The translations under genes and the position numbers were made by a program. The notes under the pieces are model-generated. The model was given only the letters and a program-made list of their open reading frames with translations, was not told where the DNA came from and did no database searches. DNA of 64,000 nucleotides. It comes from an uncultured virus (IMG/VR IMGVR_UViG_3300009177_000001). Lineage: Duplodnaviria > Heunggongvirae > Uroviricota > Caudoviricetes. The stretch lies in IMG/VR virus record IMGVR_UViG_3300009177_000001. One strand, given 5' to 3'. Of the stretch, positions 16,721-24,799 are shown one piece after another; the first letter of the stretch is position 1; each line of letters begins with the position of its first letter.

Positions 16721-17658
16721 GCTTTGGTGGTGGATTCCCAGGAATGCCCGTACCAGGACAGATGCCCGGCGCAGCGCCGCAAGCCCCGGCGCCGGGCGGC
16801 GGTTTCGTGCTGGTCATCCCGCCCGATCCGAATTGGTCGCCCATCGAACAGACGGACAACCTGGAGATGGACGGCTACTACATGGCCAAGATCGTGAAGG
16901 AGGAAGCGCGCACGGACGCGTCGAAGTCCGCCGGCGTGTTCATGTACTTCGAGATCCAAGACCCCGACGCGCTCGGCCGGAAGCTGTCCAAGTTCATGCC
17001 GGATCCCACCTCGTCGAAGGGCAACACGTGGTTCCTGTGGCGCGGGCTCATCGCCTCGATCACCGGCGCGCTCGACAACGCACGTGCCGGTCTGACCTAC
17101 CAGCCCGGCATGCTGATCGGCCAGACGGTGTACCTCAAGACCGAGGCGTACCTGGACGACGGCCAGCCGCGCACCGGAATCGGTCCGTACGTTATGGCCA
17201 AGGAGTACGGCGAGGCCAAGGCGGCGGGCGGAACCAAGTTCCGCTGGCCGGCGAAGCCGAGGCAGCCCAACGCGGGCGTGGGCCAGGCAGGCGCGCTTCC
17301 CGGCGGCGTCCCCTCGTTCCCGGGCCTCGGTGTCGGGCTGCCCGGTGCGCCGACCACCGCGGCGATCCCGGTACCGGCGCAGCAGACCGTGGCGCCGGCG
17401 CCGATGGTCGCAGCACCGATGCAGCCGGTGCCGGCGATGGCGCCTCCTCCACCGGCACCGCAGTTCCAGCAGCCGCAGCCCCCGCAGCAGATGCTGCAGC
17501 CCGCAGCTCCGGTATTCGTGCCGGGGCAGATGCCGCCTCCAGGATCCGCAGCGCCGTGGCAGCCCGCACCGCAGCCGGCCACGCCGCCGCCGGCGAACGG
17601 TGCTCCGCAGCCCACGGGAGCGCCGCCGTTCGCGTTCCCGCCGCCGCGGGTCGCATAG
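16717..17658 (+). CDS. putative ssDNA-binding protein (DUF669-like) with Pro/Gln/Ala tail
   Basis: AAGGAG RBS; DGYYMAKIVK OB-fold-like core; follows the Sak4-like gene. Confidence 0.65.
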   Translation: MSFGGGFPGMPVPGQMPGAAPQAPAPGGGFVLVIPPDPNWSPIEQTDNLEMDGYYMAKIVKEEARTDASKSAGVFMYFEIQDPDALGRKLSKFMPDPTSSKGNTWFLWRGLIASITGALDNARAGLTYQPGMLIGQTVYLKTEAYLDDGQPRTGIGPYVMAKEYGEAKAAGGTKFRWPAKPRQPNAGVGQAGALPGGVPSFPGLGVGLPGAPTTAAIPVPAQQTVAPAPMVAAPMQPVPAMAPPPPAPQFQQPQPPQQMLQPAAPVFVPGQMPPPGSAAPWQPAPQPATPPPANGAPQPTGAPPFAFPPPRVA

Positions 17659-17669
17659 CTTCCTGAAGC

Positions 17670-17745
17670 CTCCGGGGTCGGGCGGCGGAAGAGCGTACAC
17701 TCCTCCGTCGAGAGATGGACGCCGCTCGGCCCCGGGGCACTTTTT
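17670..17745 (+). terminator. branched stem-loop followed by a U-tract
   Basis: 18-bp stem 17670-17687/17720-17737, inner GAGA-loop hairpin, TTTTT 17741-17745. Confidence 0.7.
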
Positions 17746-17754
17746 GGGTTTGCA

Positions 17755-17970
17755 ATGACTAATGAAATTGCCCCGGGCCAGCTGTGGCTGGATCGTGAGA
17801 AGGACGCGTTCGGCGCCGCGCGATACGTGAAGATCGTGACCGTGGCAGAGCTGTACGTAACTGATGTGCGCGTTCATTCTGATGGCCAAGAAATGCCCGG
17901 CCAGACGCCGATTCGGACGCGAAAGACGTTGTTTTTGCACTGCTTCAAAAAGATTCGCGAGGCCCCCTGA
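17755..17970 (+). CDS. hypothetical protein
   Basis: 71 aa; TGATG coupling. Confidence 0.55.
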   Translation: MTNEIAPGQLWLDREKDAFGAARYVKIVTVAELYVTDVRVHSDGQEMPGQTPIRTRKTLFLHCFKKIREAP

Positions 17971-18794
17971 TGCCCCATCTCGTGTTCGATATCGAAACGA
18001 TCACTGACACGTCGCTGTGGACGCTTCCGAAGCCGGCGGCGCCCGAAGAGCCCGGAGCGTGCACGTGCGTGCCGGCCCCGACAGGTCTCGCGAAGCACAA
18101 GCGTGGTTGCCCGTCACAGAAGAAGGCCAAGCCCGTCAAGGCACCGGAGGACGTGTTCGCACCGCTGCACGCGCACCGCCCGATCGCTATCGGTATGGTC
18201 GTGCTGGGTGACGATCTCGTGCTGGCGCCCAACGGTCTCGGCGTGATCGGTACGAGCATGTTCGGTGACGATGAGCGCGCGCTGCTCGCGGCGTGGTCCA
18301 CGTACGTGGAGCAGCACCGTCCGAAGCTCGTGTCGTTCAATGGACGCGGGTTCGACTTGCCCGTGCTGTCGTTGCGTGCGATGCGGCTGGGCGTCCCGAT
18401 GACGTGGTACGTGGGCGACTACCGCCACCGGTACAACGGGGACCACACGGATCTATTCGACTACCTCACAGACTTCGGCGCGGTGTCTCGCCGCACAGGC
18501 TTCGCGCTCGACGACATGGCGCAGCTGATCGGGCTGGCGTCGAAGGGCGACACCAGCAGCCAGGTAGGGAAGCTGTGGGCGGAGAAGCAGGCGGCCAAGA
18601 TCGAGGCCCACTGCTTGGCCGACGTGGCACGAACCGCGTTCTTGTTCATGCGTGCGTCGCTGCTGCGCGGGCGGATCACGCTGGAGCAGTACCGGCTGGC
18701 GGCGAGCACGCTGTTCAACACGATGATGACGGCGCTCGGGCAGTCGAGCGGGCTGTTCGGCGCGGATCCGAAAATTCTCATGCTGCAGGACTGA
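17970..18794 (+). CDS. DnaQ/PolB-like 3'-5' exonuclease
   Basis: ExoI VFDIET, ExoII SFNGRGFDLP, ExoIII HCLADV. Confidence 0.88.
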   Translation: MPHLVFDIETITDTSLWTLPKPAAPEEPGACTCVPAPTGLAKHKRGCPSQKKAKPVKAPEDVFAPLHAHRPIAIGMVVLGDDLVLAPNGLGVIGTSMFGDDERALLAAWSTYVEQHRPKLVSFNGRGFDLPVLSLRAMRLGVPMTWYVGDYRHRYNGDHTDLFDYLTDFGAVSRRTGFALDDMAQLIGLASKGDTSSQVGKLWAEKQAAKIEAHCLADVARTAFLFMRASLLRGRITLEQYRLAASTLFNTMMTALGQSSGLFGADPKILMLQD

Positions 18795-18826
18795 CCGGCA
18801 GCGGAGGCAACAACAAGGAGGCACAG

Positions 18827-19003
18827 ATGGCGAAGGACAAGAAGGTTGTGGTGAATCCGACGGCCGAGAGCGGCTACCAGCAGACGACGTACACGATCGT
18901 CGAGGACGTCGAGATCGAAGACGGCTTCGTCACGATCAAGCTGCCAGGCGGCCGTGAGGTCGTCTGGTTCGAGCACGTGATCGCGAACATCGAGATCGGG
19001 TAG
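18827..19003 (+). CDS. small hypothetical protein
   Basis: AAGGAGG RBS. Confidence 0.6.
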   Translation: MAKDKKVVVNPTAESGYQQTTYTIVEDVEIEDGFVTIKLPGGREVVWFEHVIANIEIG

Positions 19004-19006
19004 CAC

Positions 19007-21478
19007 GTGAGCGCAACCGACACCGCCGGCACGCCGATTCCGCCACAGCACGTTGCTGCTGTTCAGGCGGGGGCGGAGTGCTGGCGGTGTCCGTTGCTGA
19101 ATTGCGGTGCAGGCCCCGTACCCCCGACGCATCCGCCTGACACCGACGCGCTCAACCCGATGGAGATCCTCGTCGTCGCTGAGGCCCCGGGCAGCACGGA
19201 GGTTGAGAAGGGCCAGACCTTGATCGGCGCCTCGGGCCGCGAGATCCGAACGGCGCTGCGCGACGCCGGCGCGCCGATGGACCGCGTGGGCTACACCAAC
19301 GCCACCCTGTGCCGTCCGCCCGACGACATGAAGCGGTACCTGCGCACCGTGAAACGGCAGGGGCTGATGTCTCCGATCGAAGCGTGTCGACCACGGCTGC
19401 AGGCGGAGATCGCGCAAGCCAAGTACGTGGTGCTCATGGGCGGCGCTAGCGTGCAGGCTGCAGGCTTCGGCAGCAGCACCTCGGTGATGAAGGTGCGCGG
19501 CACGCCGCTACAGCTGCCGAACAGCGGTCCACCAGCGATGGCGATCCCACACGCTGCTTTCGTGATGCGCGACGAGGGGCGTGTCATGCGCCCGATCTTC
19601 CACGCCGACGTGAAGAAGGCCGTGCGTTTCTCCCGCGGCCAATCTACCTGGCAGGATCCGTGGTACTTCGTGCCGAAGACTGCCGCGGAGGTGCACAACT
19701 TCCTTGCCGTCCCCCGCGAGCGCGTGTCGGTCGACGTCGAGACCGATGGCGTGGACCAGTGGACGTGCAACCTGCGCCGCGTGGGCATCGGCACCTCGAC
19801 GGAGGTGATGATCTACGCGCCGCTGTCCGTGCACGGGCACCTGCTGTTGCCGATGCACGAGATTCAAGCGCAGACCCGCGCCATCGCGGACTACTTCCAG
19901 CGCGCGCCGCGTATCGATACCTGGAACGGCGTGGCGTTCGACTCCGTGGTGCTTTGGCGCCACGGGATGCCGCTGCCCGACGAGCGCATGTTCGACGGCA
20001 TGGTGGGGCACCAGATCGGGATCACCTCCGAGCTGCCGCACGGCCTCGACTTCGCTGGCTCGATGTACACGGACGCCCCGCGATGGAAGGACGACGTCAA
20101 GCACTCCAGCGTGAAGAGCGACGAGATCCTCGATCACTACCTCAGCTTCGACATCTCGGTCACGCAGCAGTCGACACCGTACGTGGAGCAAAACCTGGCG
20201 TGGTCGCAGCAGGGGCACATCTACGGCGAGGACATGGAGCTGTTCCGCATCGGCCGCTCGATGGCGATGCTCGGGATGGGCATCAACCCGCAGCTGCGCG
20301 CGAAGTTCATCAGCGAGTACCAGGAGAAGTCGGATCGCCTGCGTGCCGAGTTCCAGGCGGCTGTCGGCCGCGACGTGAATCCGGATTCGCCGCAGCAGGT
20401 GCGCAAGCTCCTCTACACGGATCTCGGGCTTCCGATCATGGACGAGCACATGACGGACTCGGGCGATCCGTCAACGGACGAGTCCACGCTACTCGATCTC
20501 CTGTCACTGGGGCTCGACGAGCGTGCCACCAAGATCGTGCATGCGGTGCTCGGCTGCCGCGAGGCGGAGAAGGTGCTCGGCACGTACGTGGGCCGCTTCG
20601 AGAACGGTCAGATCGTCGGCGGCCTGCCGGTGCACGCCGACGGACGCATCCGCGTGTCGTGGCGCCCCGGCAAGCGCTCGGGCCGTTGGGGCAGCTCGCC
20701 CAACATGCAGAACATCATCAAGCGGCTGCGGGCGATGTTCACGCCGGCGCCTGGAAACGTGTTCGTCGCAGCGGACTCCAGCGCCGTCGAGCTGCGGAAG
20801 ATCGCGCTCCTCTCCGGTGACGAGCTGCTCATCAAGGCGTTCGCCGAGTTCGACGCCGGGACGGGCCCGGACGTGCACGTGGCCAACGCCTGCACGCTCT
20901 TTCGCTGCCAGCCAAAGGAAGTCACCGACGCCATCCGCGACTTCGTGAAGCGCTTCGTGTACGCGCTCAGCTACGATGCTCAGCCGCCGCGCATCTACCA
21001 GACGCTCTCGCTGCTTCGCGACGACAACCTGCGTCCGAAGTTCCCGCACATCACGCTGCCCGAGGTGGAGCGCGTGTTCAACCTGTGGTGGCAGATCCAC
21101 CCGGCGATCCCGGCGTGGAAAAAACGGCTGATCTACACGTGGCGACGCTGCGGGTACATCGAGACCGAGTATCACAAGCGGAGACGGTACTTCATCGGAG
21201 GAGAGAAGCAGGAGGAAATGTCGAACCATCCGGTGCAAGGCAGCTGCGCCGATATGCAAAATGATGCCATTAGAGCCGTAGTTCGCGCCTACCCGTTTGA
21301 CTACACCAACCATCGTGGATTGGTCGTCAATGGCCACGATCAGATCGTAGTAGAATGCGCCGAGCGCGAAGCCGAAGACGTCAAACGTTTGATCGAACAC
21401 GCAATGTTTCGCCAGATCAAAGACATGAAGTTCCCGGCTTCGGGTAAAACCGGCCGCGACTGGAAGTCCGTGTCGTGA
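19007..21478 (+). CDS. polA: family-A DNA polymerase with N-terminal family-4 uracil-DNA-glycosylase-like domain and 3'-5' exonuclease domain
   Basis: AEAPG/TNATLCRPP/HAAF (UDG), VDVET (exo), SGRWGSSPNMQNI, motif A DSSAVELR, motif B RDFVKRFVYALSY, motif C HDQ. Confidence 0.93.
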   Translation: MSATDTAGTPIPPQHVAAVQAGAECWRCPLLNCGAGPVPPTHPPDTDALNPMEILVVAEAPGSTEVEKGQTLIGASGREIRTALRDAGAPMDRVGYTNATLCRPPDDMKRYLRTVKRQGLMSPIEACRPRLQAEIAQAKYVVLMGGASVQAAGFGSSTSVMKVRGTPLQLPNSGPPAMAIPHAAFVMRDEGRVMRPIFHADVKKAVRFSRGQSTWQDPWYFVPKTAAEVHNFLAVPRERVSVDVETDGVDQWTCNLRRVGIGTSTEVMIYAPLSVHGHLLLPMHEIQAQTRAIADYFQRAPRIDTWNGVAFDSVVLWRHGMPLPDERMFDGMVGHQIGITSELPHGLDFAGSMYTDAPRWKDDVKHSSVKSDEILDHYLSFDISVTQQSTPYVEQNLAWSQQGHIYGEDMELFRIGRSMAMLGMGINPQLRAKFISEYQEKSDRLRAEFQAAVGRDVNPDSPQQVRKLLYTDLGLPIMDEHMTDSGDPSTDESTLLDLLSLGLDERATKIVHAVLGCREAEKVLGTYVGRFENGQIVGGLPVHADGRIRVSWRPGKRSGRWGSSPNMQNIIKRLRAMFTPAPGNVFVAADSSAVELRKIALLSGDELLIKAFAEFDAGTGPDVHVANACTLFRCQPKEVTDAIRDFVKRFVYALSYDAQPPRIYQTLSLLRDDNLRPKFPHITLPEVERVFNLWWQIHPAIPAWKKRLIYTWRRCGYIETEYHKRRRYFIGGEKQEEMSNHPVQGSCADMQNDAIRAVVRAYPFDYTNHRGLVVNGHDQIVVECAEREAEDVKRLIEHAMFRQIKDMKFPASGKTGRDWKSVS

Positions 21479-22080
21479 AGAAGCGCGAGTACCACGGACA
21501 CGCCGGCAAGCATCAAGTGTCGGTTGAGTACCAGACGTGGCAGCGTATGCTTAAGCGCTGTCACGACAGCAAAGACAAAAACTACGCAGATTACGGAGGC
21601 CGTGGGATTTCGGTGTGCCACGCCTGGCGCATGTCATTCCGGAAGTTCTTTGCCCACGTAGGCGTCCGTCCGGGTCCGGGCTATACGATCGAGCGCATCG
21701 AAAACAACAAGGGGTACGCGCCGGGAAATGTTCGATGGGCGACGCGCGCGGAGCAGTCACGAAACCGTCGCGCCAACATAATGATAACGCGCGGCGGTGA
21801 GACGCTAGCGCTAGTGGATTGGGTGAAACGTACCAACCTAAAGTACGTGACTGTACTTGAGCGTTTGTACCTAGGCTGGACGCCAGAAAGGGCGCTGACT
21901 ACGCCAGCTCGCCCGCGGCGGCCCGAGCACAAGCTGACAGCGGCTGAGGTGCGTAAGATCAGAGCGCTGTATGCCACAGGCAAGTACACGCAGGTGCAGC
22001 TTGCGAAGATGTTCGGCACATCTAACCATTCGCGGATCAGCTCAATTGTATTGCGACGAACGTGGAAGGCCGTGTCGTGA
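21475..22080 (+). CDS. free-standing HNH-type homing endonuclease with C-terminal HTH
   Basis: WQRMLKRC..YGGRGISVC..W..TIERIENNKGYAPGNVRWAT; lower GC than neighbours. Confidence 0.88.
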   Translation: MKKREYHGHAGKHQVSVEYQTWQRMLKRCHDSKDKNYADYGGRGISVCHAWRMSFRKFFAHVGVRPGPGYTIERIENNKGYAPGNVRWATRAEQSRNRRANIMITRGGETLALVDWVKRTNLKYVTVLERLYLGWTPERALTTPARPRRPEHKLTAAEVRKIRALYATGKYTQVQLAKMFGTSNHSRISSIVLRRTWKAVS

Positions 22081-22463
22081 GTGGCGAGGCGTACAGCGAC
22101 GACGTGATCGCCGAGCTGATCGAGCTGGATGCGCTCACGCCAGCGGTCCCACCGCTCGTGTCCGATGGCGCCAAGCGCGCGTTCGAGCTGCGGCAACGCC
22201 AGCGGAACGCACCGGAATTTGCGCGATCGATCGAAGCACAGATCGCGTTGATCGGCGTGCGCGCGCCCAACGTGAAGGTGCAGCCGAATGGCATTACCGT
22301 CCACGTGGTGCTTTCTTGTCCGCTTGGCTGCACGCTGTACGACGTTCCGAATGCGGTTCGCATCGGTCCGGTGGCGGAGTGGGCTGTGGAGGGCGATCCG
22401 GAGCCGGCGATTGCTTTGTACCTCGAACACATGCGCTGGAAGCACAACGAGGTGCCGGGGTGA
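22077..22463 (+). CDS. hypothetical protein
   Basis: GTGA overlap. Confidence 0.55.
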   Translation: MSGEAYSDDVIAELIELDALTPAVPPLVSDGAKRAFELRQRQRNAPEFARSIEAQIALIGVRAPNVKVQPNGITVHVVLSCPLGCTLYDVPNAVRIGPVAEWAVEGDPEPAIALYLEHMRWKHNEVPG

Positions 22464-22729
22464 TGGCCACGAGTGAACAAGATCGGGCGCTCACAGCACG
22501 GTTTGCACTGCTCGGGATTCCTGTACCAGACGTCGACGACGAGTTCGAATGCACGCCCGATGGCGACGGCGGAATAATCGGTACCGTGACGATCACCTGC
22601 AACATCGGAATGTGTGTGTGGAACGATTGGACGAATGCGGGAGACCGATGGAGCATTACGGCTGATCGTGAACACGCCCTAGCGGCGTACCAGAAGCACG
22701 CGCTCGAAAGGCACTACGATGACCGGTGA
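22463..22729 (+). CDS. hypothetical protein
   Basis: TGATG coupling. Confidence 0.5.
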   Translation: MATSEQDRALTARFALLGIPVPDVDDEFECTPDGDGGIIGTVTITCNIGMCVWNDWTNAGDRWSITADREHALAAYQKHALERHYDDR

Positions 22730-23024
22730 TGTGCTTGAACGCGTCCTCGGCCGCATACGCGTCGTGCACGGCTTCCTCGGCGGCTGCTGGGTATACACTG
22801 GTGCACGCGTAGCCAACCCCCGTGGTGGTTACGGTAAGATCAAGGTCAACGGGCGCGTCCACCGTGTGCACCGCTGGCTGTGGCGCGAGCTGATGGGTGA
22901 ACCTGCGCCGCCGCTGCTCGACCACCTGTGCCGCGTGCGCCCGTGTGGAAACCCGGGACATCTGCAGCCTAGCAACGTGAAAGAGAACACCAAGAACGGG
23001 CGGAGTGGCGTGGTGCGAAGATGA
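22719..23024 (+). CDS. HNH endonuclease
   Basis: CWVYTG..GYGKI..HR..LDHLCRVRPCGNPGHL..N. Confidence 0.88.
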   Translation: MTGDVLERVLGRIRVVHGFLGGCWVYTGARVANPRGGYGKIKVNGRVHRVHRWLWRELMGEPAPPLLDHLCRVRPCGNPGHLQPSNVKENTKNGRSGVVRR

Positions 23025-23365
23025 GGTGGGACTGGGTGATGGCCGCGGTGATCTCCGCTGCGTGGCTTGGACCGGTGCTGCGCGAGATCGCGTGTGAGAT
23101 AAGAAGTCGCCATCGATTGCACGTTGGGGGCCGCATCCGGTTCTTTACCGAATGTGGTTCGCTGCTGCGGGGCGTGCTGTCACCAACAGCGACGGGAATT
23201 GTTTGCGGTCCGCGTGTCGACTTTCGCGTATGGTGCGATGGAGAACAGCGTCACGTCCAGTTGTGTGATGAGGGGCTGACGTGGATTCGCGGCTGGTACA
23301 GTGGCGGCGTTCATGCAGCAGAGGCCGCACGGGCGTTACTGCAAGACGATCAGGGTTGCACATGA
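23021..23365 (+). CDS. GDP-TWIRG family member 9, with hydrophobic N-terminal extension
   Basis: LHVGGRIRF ... DEGLTWIRGW ... AARALL. Confidence 0.7.
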   Translation: MRWDWVMAAVISAAWLGPVLREIACEIRSRHRLHVGGRIRFFTECGSLLRGVLSPTATGIVCGPRVDFRVWCDGEQRHVQLCDEGLTWIRGWYSGGVHAAEAARALLQDDQGCT

Positions 23366-23688
23366 AGCACGCCATCAACCTCATGCTTGACGCCGTCGCT
23401 GAGTGGCTAGCGGAGAAGCTGAAGAAACGGCTGCAGCCCCAACCGGCACAGCCCGAGCTGTCGCCCGACACCGTGATGGAACGCCTCGTGGACTACACGC
23501 GGCTCACGCACAAGCTGTTCGAGAGCGAGAACACGATCCACTACTGCGTGCACCCGAACGGCGACTTCAGCGTGATGGTGGCGTGCCGCAAGTGCAAGAG
23601 GAAGAACCGCATGGCGCTCGATAAGAGCATCTACAGCGCCAAGTGTGGCAACTGCAAGACGCCAATTGTGAAGCAGACGATCAACTAG
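23362..23688 (+). CDS. zinc-ribbon protein
   Basis: CRKC...CGNC; ATGA overlap. Confidence 0.6.
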   Translation: MKHAINLMLDAVAEWLAEKLKKRLQPQPAQPELSPDTVMERLVDYTRLTHKLFESENTIHYCVHPNGDFSVMVACRKCKRKNRMALDKSIYSAKCGNCKTPIVKQTIN

Positions 23689-23700
23689 AGGAGTCATTTC

Positions 23701-24057
23701 ATGCCAGCGAGAAAGAGCACGCCATTTTCCGTGCAGCCGCGGAAGCCGATCAATCCGATGATGAAGCGGCGGCAGGAACACCTCGACCACCTCAAGAAGT
23801 ACATCGGCGACGACAAGGTGGCGGGCCTGGAGACGCCGTGGGCGAAGCTGGAAGTCGAGCTGCGACGGCTGACGGAGCGGTCGTTGCGCTCGCTCTCCTA
23901 CCGCGTGGAGCGTGCTGTGGAGGAAGGCGAGAAGAACGCGGTGGAATTCGAGAAAGTGCAAGACCTGCGCGAGCAGCCGGTCGACTTCGAACCAGACGAC
24001 GAGGTGGATGAAGACGGCGCGGTCGATGCGCTTGCTGGCGCGGCGGGTATGCGCTGA
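23701..24057 (+). CDS. hypothetical protein
   Basis: GAGGAG RBS; acidic C-terminus. Confidence 0.6.
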   Translation: MPARKSTPFSVQPRKPINPMMKRRQEHLDHLKKYIGDDKVAGLETPWAKLEVELRRLTERSLRSLSYRVERAVEEGEKNAVEFEKVQDLREQPVDFEPDDEVDEDGAVDALAGAAGMR

Positions 24058-24260
24058 TGGCCCGTGTTACGGTCGAAGTAGAGGAGACGACGCTGATCGG
24101 CTCCGACGGCCGCGACGTCGACGGCGTGAACGTCACGTGTTCGCGTTGCAACCACTCGGTCGAGGTGTTCGGCACGGGAGAAGGAAGCGTGCGCCGGGGC
24201 TGCGTGATGCTTCGTGAGGAGTGCCCGGAGAAAGAGCACAACTTCTACGTGCCTGAATGA
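24057..24260 (+). CDS. small Cys-containing hypothetical protein
   Basis: Coupled at both ends; CSRC. Confidence 0.55.
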   Translation: MARVTVEVEETTLIGSDGRDVDGVNVTCSRCNHSVEVFGTGEGSVRRGCVMLREECPEKEHNFYVPE

Positions 24261-24799
24261 ACATTCGTCCCCGTATAGCCTGCATCGGCTCGCGCGAAGC
24301 TCCGCCGAGTGCCCTTGTGCTCATGGAGCGTGCTGGCGCGGCGATCGTCCGCGCCGGCTGCATCCTATCGAGCGGCAACGCACCGGGGTCAGACCAGGCG
24401 TGGGCACGCGGCGGTAACCGGATCGACCCCACGCGCGTCGAGCTTCACCTACCCTGGTACACCTTCGAGCGCCGGATGATCCGTGACGGCAACAAGGTGC
24501 GTGTACTAGCGCAGCCGGACACAGCTGATCGTCGCTACTTCGACATCGCCGAGACGGTTCACGGTCGGTGGCGTAGTCTGAGCGACGGCGCCCATCGGCT
24601 GCACGCGCGCAACGTGATGATCGTGGAGAACACCATCGCCGTCATCGGTTGGTCCAACCCAAACAAGTCGTGGGGCGGAGGCACGGGCGGAGCGTTCCGC
24701 ATCGCGAAGTTCCTGAATGTGCCCGTGTTCGACGCGTGGAAGATCGAGGGCTTCCTCCCGCGGCTCATCTATGATCTGGAGGCGCTGGTCTGCGCATGA
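24257..24799 (+). CDS. SLOG-superfamily (DprA/Smf-like) protein
   Basis: ACIGSRE, SGNAPGSDQAW, LHARN, GGTG. Confidence 0.8.
   Translation: MNIRPRIACIGSREAPPSALVLMERAGAAIVRAGCILSSGNAPGSDQAWARGGNRIDPTRVELHLPWYTFERRMIRDGNKVRVLAQPDTADRRYFDIAETVHGRWRSLSDGAHRLHARNVMIVENTIAVIGWSNPNKSWGGGTGGAFRIAKFLNVPVFDAWKIEGFLPRLIYDLEALVCA

Noticed and set aside
17755..17970. Additional GDP-TWIRG family member (IAPGQLW start)
   Set aside because: Lacks the TW..G and RALLAA C-terminal box.
19007..21478. Intein or intron in the polymerase
   Set aside because: Motifs are contiguous at normal spacing; the HNH gene lies after the stop codon.
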